64,000 bases of DNA. Source: an uncultured Rhodospirillaceae bacterium. GTDB taxonomy: Bacteria > Pseudomonadota > Alphaproteobacteria > Rhodospirillales > UBA2165. The stretch covers positions 2,116-66,115 of the forward strand of contig CAZSXT010000015.1 in assembly GCA_964611435.1 (NCBI GenBank). The letters are read 5' to 3'. Made by a program: the position numbers and the translations under genes. The stretch's first letter is position 1, and every line of letters begins with the position of its first letter. Shown here piece after piece: positions 19,963-28,945 of the stretch. Below the pieces are notes generated by a model. That model ran no database searches, was not told the origin of the DNA, and saw only the letters and a program-made list of their open reading frames with translations.

Positions 19963-21210
19963 TCAGCTGATTTCAAAAGTGAGTTTGCCGTGTGCGTCCC
20001 GCAATGATGCCTCTACCTCATCGGGGGCATTACCCTTGGCAAAGATAAAACCGAGATATTCGTTGCCTTCGGGCAGCGCGGTGACGGACTGTCCGACCTT
20101 TTTGGATATCTCCAGGCCGGTTATGCCTGTCACGTTGCGGGCCTCGATCTCGCCGCTCACAGATATTAACGTGCCGGAGTGTGGGATTGGAATCATCATG
20201 ACCCCGGAGGCCTGGATCTCCCGGTCCGGTGGTGGTGTGGTTACGCCGAGGGCATGATCCAAAATGATATCTTCCAGACTCAGGCCATCGCCGAACGACA
20301 GGCTTCGGCTGCACAACCCTCCGATGGATCGCGCGGCCACCTCGATCACCCAAGGGCCCGATTGGTTGCTGCGTCGGTCGGGCGCTGAAAGGCGCAGTTC
20401 AGCGTGAACCGGCCCATCCGTCAGCCCGATGGCCCGGCAGGCGTCTTCTGCTATCCTGGTGAGACGCTCAATGTCCTCTGGCGCGTGGCGGGACGGGGTG
20501 ACGTAGATCGTCTCCTCGAAATACGGTCCGTCCAATGGGTCAGGTTTGTCGAAAATCGCCAATGTGGTGAGGTCGCCCTCGGTCAAGATGCCTTCCAAAG
20601 CAATTTCTTCGCCCGGCCAGAAATCTTCGATCAGAATATTTTGTTCAAGGTTTGCGCCCGACAGCATACGCCGAATGCGGCGCGCCGCGGCAACGAACTG
20701 ATCCGGATCGTCGGCCCGGATCACGCCTCGGCTGGCCGATAAGTTGATGGGTTTTAAGACGCAAGGATAGGCAATCGTCTTCGCGACATTGGCGGCGTCT
20801 TCCCCAGAGCGGAACAAGCGCGCCGCGGGGCCCGGCAGCCCAGCGTCGGCAAGTTCTTTTCGAAATGATAGTTTGTTATTTGCCCGTGAAACAGCCTCTG
20901 GGTCATTGTGCGCCAGCCCTAATTCTTTGGAGGCGGCGGCGGCAACCAATGTGGTGGATTCCTCCACGCCGATGACGGCGCTAAGCGGCGTGTCTTGGTG
21001 AAACTTGGCAATGCGGGCAACACTGTCATCTAGGTTGCCAAAGTCCAGGGTCAGCGCACCGTCGCCTTGAATTTCCCGGAACACACTGTCCTGATCGGAG
21101 CCGATTGTGATCAACACGTCCCGCCGGTGAGCGGCGGCGATAAAGTCCTTGGCCCGGTAGGATGTCGAAGGCAGAAGTAGAAGAATACGGGCTGGCGGCT
21201 CGGCGGTCAT
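19963..21210 (-). CDS. ATP-grasp enzyme (L-amino acid ligase-like)
   Basis: NKLSFRKEL, YPCVLKP, SASRGV, ILIEDF, HAELRL, IEVAAR, C-terminal LAL-type domain. ATG 21210 overlaps the radical SAM stop (ATGA). Confidence 0.88.
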   Translation of the reverse strand: MTAEPPARILLLLPSTSYRAKDFIAAAHRRDVLITIGSDQDSVFREIQGDGALTLDFGNLDDSVARIAKFHQDTPLSAVIGVEESTTLVAAAASKELGLAHNDPEAVSRANNKLSFRKELADAGLPGPAARLFRSGEDAANVAKTIAYPCVLKPINLSASRGVIRADDPDQFVAAARRIRRMLSGANLEQNILIEDFWPGEEIALEGILTEGDLTTLAIFDKPDPLDGPYFEETIYVTPSRHAPEDIERLTRIAEDACRAIGLTDGPVHAELRLSAPDRRSNQSGPWVIEVAARSIGGLCSRSLSFGDGLSLEDIILDHALGVTTPPPDREIQASGVMMIPIPHSGTLISVSGEIEARNVTGITGLEISKKVGQSVTALPEGNEYLGFIFAKGNAPDEVEASLRDAHGKLTFEIS

Positions 21211-22580
21211 ACGCGCGCCAATTGCTCCCGGCTCGGTTCCGCACAGCAATACCAGGGCTCGCTCATGCGGGGAACAAACATTTTCGGCCGTTCCGTCATT
21301 AATAGGGCAGGGGCGTCAGTCCCGTCGATCTCGTGGGCGGTCTGCCAAATCTGGGTGAAAATGGCGCTCCGGGAGTCGCCGGCGCTTTCCCCGTGATCAA
21401 CAATCCCCTGGATCGTGTTGGCGAGTTCGTCCACCGCCAAATCCGGGTTGGCCCATGTGTAACTTAACGCATCCCGATCAAAAACCTCGGGGGTCAACGG
21501 GAGGTCTTCCAGTTCCAACAGCCGGGAACCAAGAGGGATCAGCAACCGGATCGCCAGTTGAATGGGCGAGACGTTTTCGATGAGGTCCAGGTCTCGGATG
21601 ACCGACAACAGGTCCCGATAACCGTCTAGCGTTGTCCAGGGCGTGAACGGGATAAATGTGGGCGACAGCGTCAGGCCAGAGGCGCGCACCAAAGACACCG
21701 CCTCGATAAACGCCGCCCTGGTATGGCCCTTGTCCAGCAGTGTCAGCGTCCGGTCATCGACAGATTCCACCGCGGTTGTGATGAACAAACAGCCAGTTTG
21801 CTTAAGCTCGGGCAGGCGATTCCGATGTTTCAGCAAATGCTCGACCTTGATGATGACGTCGTAAGTGAGGTGCGGATGGCGATTTCGCATTTCACGAACC
21901 ACCCGTAACCCATGAGACGGGCCATTGAAAAAATCCGGATCGCCAAAGGAGATATGCCGCGCGCCCGCTTCCACTTGTTGATCGATATCGGCCAGAACGG
22001 TCTCCACCGGTATGGGAAAGAACTTGCCGCCGTAAACCGGCACCACCGGGCAGTGACGGCAGACATGTTTGCAGCCGCGGGTGGCTTCCGTGTAGCCGGT
22101 GACCACATCATTGCCCTCTGATTTCTGCAACCGGGCGTACTTGTCGAGGGCGGGCAAATCCGTGCGGTCCGGAGTTTCTAGCAGAAGTTTGGACAAGTGA
22201 ATATCGTTGGCTGGCGGATTACCCGTTTTGGCGAGGCCAAGCAGCTCGTCTTCGATCTCACCGCCAATAAAATGGGCGGTGATGTCTTCCGTGATGAGTT
22301 CCCGCGCCATGGGGGCATAGAGTCCGAAAAACACGTAAGTGGCGTCGCTGTTCAGGGCGACCAATCTGGGCAATAGTTCCAACGACAACCGCGTCGCCGT
22401 GTGCATAGCGAGATGAATGGCGATGAGGTCCGCACCGGCGACGGCCTCTTCGTTCAGATCATCGACTGCCACGTCGTTGCAGGTGACCGGAATGCCTTCG
22501 CCGCGCAGTCGCGCTGCCGCAGAGGCCAGCGCAAACGGCTGGTGCCCCAGGTCATAGGTCGAAAGCAGAAGAACCCGCAT
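21207..22580 (-). CDS. B12-binding radical SAM protein with CCAEP tail (CUAEP/CCAEP-tail family)
   Basis: N-terminal cobalamin-binding-type domain (STYDLGHQP), TRGCKHVCRHC CxxxCxxC motif, FGDPDF, C-terminal EPWYCCAEP. Confidence 0.88.
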   Translation of the reverse strand: MRVLLLSTYDLGHQPFALASAAARLRGEGIPVTCNDVAVDDLNEEAVAGADLIAIHLAMHTATRLSLELLPRLVALNSDATYVFFGLYAPMARELITEDITAHFIGGEIEDELLGLAKTGNPPANDIHLSKLLLETPDRTDLPALDKYARLQKSEGNDVVTGYTEATRGCKHVCRHCPVVPVYGGKFFPIPVETVLADIDQQVEAGARHISFGDPDFFNGPSHGLRVVREMRNRHPHLTYDVIIKVEHLLKHRNRLPELKQTGCLFITTAVESVDDRTLTLLDKGHTRAAFIEAVSLVRASGLTLSPTFIPFTPWTTLDGYRDLLSVIRDLDLIENVSPIQLAIRLLIPLGSRLLELEDLPLTPEVFDRDALSYTWANPDLAVDELANTIQGIVDHGESAGDSRSAIFTQIWQTAHEIDGTDAPALLMTERPKMFVPRMSEPWYCCAEPSREQLARV

Positions 22581-22609
22581 GGACGATCCGATCTTTTCGG
22601 ACCAGCGGC

Positions 22610-23458
22610 CTACTTACCCGGCGAGTAGTAGGGGTTGGAACCGTTGGCGTGGTCGGTAACGTCCAGCACCTCGATGATGGACGGCACGGCGTCCTTGATT
22701 TCCACCTCGACACCTTGTTTGAGGGTCACGTCGGCCATGCCGCAACCCTGGCAGCCGCCTTCGAGGCGGATATAGGCCTTGTCCTCCTTGATGTCGATCA
22801 GGGCGATGTGGCCGCCGTGGCTGGCCACGGCAGGGTTGATGCGACTGTCCAAAACTTCCTGCACGGCTTTGCCTTGCGGTGTATCCAAGCCTGGCTTCGG
22901 AATGGCGTCCCGGAAATCCTTCACCGCGTTGACCTCGGGCACGTAATGGCTCAGCAAATTGGTCATGCCGCCCATCAGGTTCATTGTCGGGCCGGCAAAC
23001 TCCACGTAAACCGTGCCGGCCTTGTAGCCCTTATAGATCACGTCGCCGTCCATCTGCTGAGCGGCCGGCCGGATGCGGGATTCCATCAGCTCCATCACTT
23101 GGGAAATAATCTCCGCGTCTTCGGGATTGTCTTCGAAAGTGATTTCTTCGTTTTCACCTTCGTTCCCCGATGCTTCGTTCATGACCGGATCGCCTGCGGT
23201 ATAGTGATCCATGATGGCGCCCAGGACCATCGGCTTCATGATCTGCCAGTCCTCGCCGTCGCTTTTTACGACCATCACGGAATCGGTATAAAGCGTTACC
23301 GCATCGACGCCGCCGATGTCGAACAGTCGCGCCGCCAGTGGGGATCGTGCCGCCGCACTGGCATTCTCAAATTCGGCAATGCCGCCCGACAAAACCGCCT
23401 CACCGGGGTGGAACTTCATCCGGTTCGGATCGGGCATGCTTTCCGTCTGTATAAACAT
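22610..23458 (-). CDS. nfuA: NifU/NfuA-like Fe-S cluster carrier with duplicated C-terminal domain
   Basis: Nfu_N (MFIQTE..PDPNRMKFHP, SPLAARLF), a NifU_C-like domain lacking CxxC, then a second NifU_C with GGCQGC and DVTDH..G.NPYY. Confidence 0.82.
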   Translation of the reverse strand: MFIQTESMPDPNRMKFHPGEAVLSGGIAEFENASAAARSPLAARLFDIGGVDAVTLYTDSVMVVKSDGEDWQIMKPMVLGAIMDHYTAGDPVMNEASGNEGENEEITFEDNPEDAEIISQVMELMESRIRPAAQQMDGDVIYKGYKAGTVYVEFAGPTMNLMGGMTNLLSHYVPEVNAVKDFRDAIPKPGLDTPQGKAVQEVLDSRINPAVASHGGHIALIDIKEDKAYIRLEGGCQGCGMADVTLKQGVEVEIKDAVPSIIEVLDVTDHANGSNPYYSPGK

Positions 23459-23637
23459 CTATCTCTCCAATTCTTGCCGATCAGCAAGGGTGCTGCCGAA
23501 ACAAGGCCGGGCGCTCTACCAGATCAGACTTTTAGGTGCTTTATTTGTCAGCAAAATAGCGCTTTTCAACGGTTCAAAAAAGCGTATAACCGCGTCCCTT
23601 ATTTTTAGCGCTTCTTTGCAGCCGGGGATGCACCGCG

Positions 23638-24768
23638 TTGACCAAGAAACTCGATCAGTTTTTGGACAGTCAGAACCTCGCGACACCGTGTTTGGTTGTC
23701 GATTTGGACGAGGTGGCGAACAACTACCGCCGCTTGAAAGACGCCATGCCGATGGCCGAGATCTACTACGCAGTGAAGGCAAACCCAGCGGGGCCGGTTT
23801 TGCAGACTTTGCATAGCCTCGGTTCTTCATTTGACGCGGCGAGCATTGCGGAAATTGATCGTTGCCTCGCAGCAGGCGCCTCGCCGGCCTCGATTTCCTA
23901 CGGCAGCACCATCAAGAAGCAGGGCGACATCGCCACGGCCTATGGTCTGGGCGTCCGAATTTTCGGGTTTGACTGCGAAAACGAGTTGGCCAAGCTGGCC
24001 ATCGCGGCGCCGGGCTCCAAGGTGTACTGCCGGGTGCTGGTCGAAAACGCGGGGGCCGCATGGCCGTTGGCCAAGAAGTTTGGCTGCTCCGTCGAAATGG
24101 CCGTTGATCTGATGGTGGCCGCGAAAGAGAAAGGGCTTGTTCCCCATGGCATCTCTTTCCATGTGGGTTCGCAGCAGACCGATACGGTCCAGTGGGATGC
24201 CGCCATCGCCAAAGCGGCGATGATCTTTACCGACCTCCGCGAGAAATCGATAGAGCCCGAAGTGCTGAACCTGGGCGGCGGTTTTCCGACCCGGTATCGG
24301 GATGACGTGCCGGAGTATCGCCAAATCGCAAATGCGATTCATGACAGTATGCAACGCCATTTCGGCAACCGGCAGCCGGCCTTGATGCTGGAACCTGGGC
24401 GCTGCATTCCCGGATCGGCCGGCGTCATCCGAAGCGAGGTGATTTTGGTCTCCAAACGCTCTTATGACACGGATGTACGTTGGGTCTATCTGGATGTCGG
24501 CAAATTCGGCGGTCTCGCCGAAACCATGGACGAAGCGATCCAGTATCCGATTCGCACCCCCCATGACGGTGGGCCAGAGGGACCAGTGATGATTGCTGGG
24601 CCAACCTGCGATGGTGCGGATGTTCTGTATGAGAAAGCCGGATACAAACTGCCTTTGGCTTTGAAAGAAGGCGACCATGTGGATTTGATGGCGGCGGGCG
24701 CCTATACGGCCAGCTATGCGTCCATCGGCTTTAACGGCATTCCGCCGCTGATGGAATACTACATCTGA
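23638..24768 (+). CDS. Ornithine/lysine decarboxylase (fold type III PLP)
   Basis: YYAVKAN, FDAAS, SFHVGSQ, NLGGGF, LEPGR, GPTCDGAD, GAYT...FNG. Confidence 0.92.
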   Translation: MTKKLDQFLDSQNLATPCLVVDLDEVANNYRRLKDAMPMAEIYYAVKANPAGPVLQTLHSLGSSFDAASIAEIDRCLAAGASPASISYGSTIKKQGDIATAYGLGVRIFGFDCENELAKLAIAAPGSKVYCRVLVENAGAAWPLAKKFGCSVEMAVDLMVAAKEKGLVPHGISFHVGSQQTDTVQWDAAIAKAAMIFTDLREKSIEPEVLNLGGGFPTRYRDDVPEYRQIANAIHDSMQRHFGNRQPALMLEPGRCIPGSAGVIRSEVILVSKRSYDTDVRWVYLDVGKFGGLAETMDEAIQYPIRTPHDGGPEGPVMIAGPTCDGADVLYEKAGYKLPLALKEGDHVDLMAAGAYTASYASIGFNGIPPLMEYYI

Positions 24769-24783
24769 CTTGGGGAGCCGATC

Positions 24784-26448
24784 CTAGTTGGCTTCGGGTG
24801 GGGTGTAACCGCAGATTCCCAATTTTATCAGCCAGCCGGCGGTCATCATGACCGGCCCGGTCACCGGCGCGCCCATAGCGTCGGCAAGCTCTTGCAGGGT
24901 GCAGCTTTCCTGCATCTCCAGATGTCCGAAGACCACCGGAAGTTCTTCCAAGGGGATGAGCGTCTCCGGGTAGATCAGTCCCATCTTCAACTGGACACGC
25001 ACCACAGCTTGCTGCCAGTCTCTGAGCAACAGGGTAATTTTTCCATCCGCCGCCAGGTGTCTGGTGGGAAAGCTTTCGAACATGGTAAGTGGATCGGGGA
25101 AAGACGGGTGAAAGCCAGCATCTTGTGACGGCGCGGCGATTTCATCAGCTTCCCGGCGCCGCACAGACAGTTCCTGCCACAATTCTTCGTAGGCGCGGAT
25201 GATGCGGGACCATTCGAAGCGATTCATCACCTCTTGGCGACCGGCGCGTCCCATCTTGAGGCGCAGGTCAGGATTTTCTATCAGCGGCATCAGCGCCTTG
25301 ACCAATTGGCCGACGTCCACTGACGTCGATTGAGAAACACCGCCGAGGTAGTCGCCATAGGTAAGCTGTCCGGCGAAATAGCCGTAGGCCATGTCAGCGC
25401 CGCTCCCAGGCGGAGGCGCCAGCGTCGGCACTGTGAATCCCACGTCGCCGTCACGTACTGTATCCCGATAGCCGTCCCAGTCGCTGACCACCACAGGCAG
25501 GCTGGCGGCCATGGCCTCGATCGGTGTCAGGCCGAAGCTTTCTTGTATATTGTCGGAGAGCGAGCAAAAAATATCCGCGCCGGCCCAAAATCCGTCGGGG
25601 TAGTCGCTGTCGCCATGCCGGATGAAATTGACCTGTGCATTTTCGTTTACTTTTTGGACCGCTTGTTTGAACGCTGTCTCGTTCATTTCGTCATTGAAAT
25701 AGCCGTTGAAAACCACGCGCACGGGGGTGGCCGATTTGCCGGCAATTTCTTCCGCCGCTAAAAGCAGGGGCAGGGGATTGGCCTTCGCCAGATAATTCAG
25801 CCGGCCGACATAAAGGATCACCACTTCGTCTTCGGCGACGCCTAGTTTTTCCCGTTGTTCTGTCCGCCTTTCCAATTCGCTGAGCCGGTCGAAACGGACC
25901 GAGTCCACGCCCAGCGGGATAACCGGTAATTCTAGCGGGCAATGGGCTTCTATAGCGAACCGGTCCTTCATATAAACACGCCAGCCGTCGATCACCGCCT
26001 GCACCGCGCTTCGGATGGATCGAGAAGGACAGATCAATGCATCCCAATTTTGCAACGGCGCGGTAAAATAATCGCCGAACATTTCCATGGCCGCCGCAGA
26101 GGCGCTAGCGTGGGCGATCCCGCAGAGGCTATAGCGCCGCTGATCGTGATGACGCCGCGCCCAGGAGAATTTCACGATGCCGGGGTCGTAACGCACCAGG
26201 CAGCCGGCTTCTTCGAGGCCGGTCGCGTCATTTTGATTGATTGAAACGCACCGTTCCGGATCGATGTTTTCTTCCCCGGCATAGTCGCGGAAAAGGCCAA
26301 AGGCCGTATCGTCGGGACACACGGTGTAAAACTGCTTCTGATTGGCGAAGCGGAAATAGGCGCGGAGGAATTCCCGCGTGGCCACATCTATACCCACCGG
26401 CTGATCCGTTTCCGCGCGATGTCCGTCGAAGTTGATGGCGGCGGTCAT
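24784..26448 (-). CDS. Glycosyltransferase family 4
   Basis: VIPLGVD, LYVGRL, SDNIQESFGLTPIEAMAASLPVVVSDWDGYRDTV. Confidence 0.9.
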   Translation of the reverse strand: MTAAINFDGHRAETDQPVGIDVATREFLRAYFRFANQKQFYTVCPDDTAFGLFRDYAGEENIDPERCVSINQNDATGLEEAGCLVRYDPGIVKFSWARRHHDQRRYSLCGIAHASASAAAMEMFGDYFTAPLQNWDALICPSRSIRSAVQAVIDGWRVYMKDRFAIEAHCPLELPVIPLGVDSVRFDRLSELERRTEQREKLGVAEDEVVILYVGRLNYLAKANPLPLLLAAEEIAGKSATPVRVVFNGYFNDEMNETAFKQAVQKVNENAQVNFIRHGDSDYPDGFWAGADIFCSLSDNIQESFGLTPIEAMAASLPVVVSDWDGYRDTVRDGDVGFTVPTLAPPPGSGADMAYGYFAGQLTYGDYLGGVSQSTSVDVGQLVKALMPLIENPDLRLKMGRAGRQEVMNRFEWSRIIRAYEELWQELSVRRREADEIAAPSQDAGFHPSFPDPLTMFESFPTRHLAADGKITLLLRDWQQAVVRVQLKMGLIYPETLIPLEELPVVFGHLEMQESCTLQELADAMGAPVTGPVMMTAGWLIKLGICGYTPPEAN

Positions 26449-26484
26449 GTCACAACTCGTCCAAGGTGGCGGCGCGGAAGGACT

Positions 26485-26727
26485 TTAGGTGAAGGCTTTG
26501 AAGGTGATCAGGGTAAACGTGTCTTTGACGCCCGGAATTTTTTGGATGTTCTCGGTGACGAAGTGCCCGATATCAGACGCATCCTCCAAATAGCACTTCA
26601 GCAGAAGGTCGTACTGGCCCGATGTGGAATGCACCTCGGAAACCTGTTCGACATTTTCGACGGCGTCCGCGGCGACTTTATAGGCTTCGCCCAGTTCGCA
26701 TTTTACTTGGATGAATATGGTCTGCAT
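26485..26727 (-). CDS. Stand-alone Lrp/AsnC ligand-binding domain protein
   Basis: 80 aa; EVHSTSGQYDLLLK and IPGVKDTFTL; no HTH. Confidence 0.88.
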   Translation of the reverse strand: MQTIFIQVKCELGEAYKVAADAVENVEQVSEVHSTSGQYDLLLKCYLEDASDIGHFVTENIQKIPGVKDTFTLITFKAFT

Positions 26728-26801
26728 GGTCCTCTCCGGCGGTCAAGTACGCCTCACAATACACGATAGGACGGCGGCTTTAAGGGAAAAAATGTACGTG
26801 G

Positions 26802-28208
26802 TTAGCTTTTAACGGGCCGCGCCAGGAAGGCTGGCATATGGTCGCCCATACCGACTACGGGATCATTGGACTGATCGTCGTCGTCTTCGTTCTTGTCCCG
26901 GCGCGAACTGCGGCGTTTTCGGGGCTTCTCTTTTTCGGGGGAACTCTTTTCACTTTTACTTTTGGCGGCAGACTTTTTGCGCGAACGCCGTTCTTTAGTC
27001 TCTCCGGTGTCCGTTTCGTCCTCCGCAGAATCATCCGCGGGTGCGCCGTTTCCGGAATCAAGACTATCCAGTTTCACCGGTTCGATTTTGCTGCCCATGA
27101 GCTTTTCGATGGAATCGAGGTACTTTTGCTCTTCCTGCCACGCCAGGGTAAACGCCCGACCTTTTTTGCCCGCCCGGCCGGTGCGGCCGATCCGGTGGAC
27201 GTAATCTTCCGCATGGGTCGGTACGTCGAAATTAAACACGTGGCTTAGGTCGTCGATGTCGAGGCCGCGGGCGGCAACATCGCTGCAAACGAGGATGTCT
27301 ATTTCACGGGCCTTGAACCGATCCATGGTTTCCGTGCGCGCCGGTTGGGACATGTCGCCGTGCAAGGTGGCTGAATTCAGGCCGTGCTTCTGGCAGGACT
27401 TGTGAACAATATCCACGTCCCTCTTTCGATTGCAAAAAACCAGCGCATTGGTCACGTCTTCCTTGATGATCAGTTCACGAAGGGCGGCCCGCTTTTTCTT
27501 TTGCATGCCGCCAATATCTCGCTTCGGCATGTGGCGGATCATCACCAGGCCCTGGGTGATGTTTTCACCCGGCGTTGACGGCGGCGCGACGGTGATTTCC
27601 TTTGGATTCATCAGGAAGGCATCGGCGAGACGTTTGATCTCCGGCGGCATGGTGGCCGAAAAGAACAATGTCTGGCGGATTTTATTCAGCAGCGAGACGA
27701 TTTTCTCGACATCCGGGATAAAGCCCATGTCGAGCATCCGGTCCGCTTCGTCGATCACCAGGATTTTAACATCGGTCAGCAGAAGCCCGCCCCGGTCAAA
27801 AATATCCAGCAGCCGGCCCGGCGTCGCGATCAGCACATCCACACCTCGGTCCAGCAGCTTGGACTGCTCGTCCATGGAGGTGCCGCCGATGATCAGCGCC
27901 TTGGTTAATTTGTGATACTTGCCGTAGATGTCGAAGTTTTCCGCGACCTGCGCCGCCAATTCCCGTGTCGGCTCCAGGATCAGCGTACGAGGCATACGCG
28001 CCCGCGCCCGGCCGCTGGCCAGGATATCGATCATCGGCAGGGTAAAGGACGCGGTCTTGCCGGTGCCGGTCTGTGCACAGCCGAGAATATCCCGTCCCAT
28101 CAAGACGTTGGGAATTGCGGCGGCTTGAATGGGGGTCGGTTCGCTGTAGCCTGCGTCGGAAACAGCTTTCAGGACCTCATCGCTGAGACCGAGGTCTGCA
28201 AAGCTCAT
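26802..28208 (-). CDS. rhlE: DEAD-box RNA helicase (RhlE-like)
   Basis: Q motif, AQTGTGKT, PTRELA, TPGRL, DEAD, SAT, ARGLD, HRIGRTGRAG, charged C-terminal tail. Confidence 0.93.
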   Translation of the reverse strand: MSFADLGLSDEVLKAVSDAGYSEPTPIQAAAIPNVLMGRDILGCAQTGTGKTASFTLPMIDILASGRARARMPRTLILEPTRELAAQVAENFDIYGKYHKLTKALIIGGTSMDEQSKLLDRGVDVLIATPGRLLDIFDRGGLLLTDVKILVIDEADRMLDMGFIPDVEKIVSLLNKIRQTLFFSATMPPEIKRLADAFLMNPKEITVAPPSTPGENITQGLVMIRHMPKRDIGGMQKKKRAALRELIIKEDVTNALVFCNRKRDVDIVHKSCQKHGLNSATLHGDMSQPARTETMDRFKAREIDILVCSDVAARGLDIDDLSHVFNFDVPTHAEDYVHRIGRTGRAGKKGRAFTLAWQEEQKYLDSIEKLMGSKIEPVKLDSLDSGNGAPADDSAEDETDTGETKERRSRKKSAAKSKSEKSSPEKEKPRKRRSSRRDKNEDDDDQSNDPVVGMGDHMPAFLARPVKS

Positions 28209-28400
28209 GTAGGATGTCCGGGTTGAAAATGTATGTGAATTCTGGATTTCATATCTTCACAATAGCGGGCGGAATAGGCCATCCCTTGCACGATGTCAAC
28301 GATTCAAATATTTCAATGCATTGGTCAAATGCGCTAATCACCAACAACACACCGGTGCAACGGGAACCCCCTGGCGATGAAACTCTAGGAATAAATTAAC

Positions 28401-28928
28401 ATGAGCGGACTTATCCTTCCTTATCAGGACTTCATGCCGGAAATTGCCGATGACGCGTTTATCGCACCCAACGCCACAGTGATCGGACGCACTAAAATCG
28501 GATCCCAATCCAGCATTTGGTTTAACGTGGTGATCCGGGGCGATGTCGAGCCCATCACCATCGGCGCCCGCACCAACATCCAGGACGGCACCATCGTCCA
28601 TGTGACCGGTGGGGACGCGGCGACGGTGATCGGCGACGATGTGCTGGTCGGCCACTGCGCTATCATCCATGGCTGCACGTTGGAAAGCGGCAGCTTCGTC
28701 GGCATGGGGGCGACCGTGCTGGACAACGCCATCGTGGAAAGCGGCGCCATGGTCGCCGCCGGGGCCATGGTCACGCCGGGCAAGGTGGTGAAGGCCGGCG
28801 AGCTCTGGGCCGGCAGCCCGGCCAAATTCTTCCGCGAGCTCAGCCCGGAGGAGCGGGAAAACCTCACCAGCGGCGCGGAAGGCTACCGCCGGCTCGGCCA
28901 GGAATACAAAGCCAAGCTGGAGGGGTAG
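28401..28928 (+). CDS. Gamma-carbonic anhydrase family (hexapeptide repeat) protein
   Basis: IRGDV, TNIQDGTIVH, VGHCAIIHGC, GSPAK. Confidence 0.92.
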   Translation: MSGLILPYQDFMPEIADDAFIAPNATVIGRTKIGSQSSIWFNVVIRGDVEPITIGARTNIQDGTIVHVTGGDAATVIGDDVLVGHCAIIHGCTLESGSFVGMGATVLDNAIVESGAMVAAGAMVTPGKVVKAGELWAGSPAKFFRELSPEERENLTSGAEGYRRLGQEYKAKLEG

Positions 28929-28945
28929 GGGAGAGAGTGCGGAAC

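Noticed and set aside
21207-21260. Selenocysteine in the radical SAM tail
   Set aside because: The codons are TGC-TGT (Cys-Cys), with no in-frame TGA.
23459-23637. IscR-type operator upstream of nfuA
   Set aside because: Only a weak partial resemblance, with no clear palindrome.
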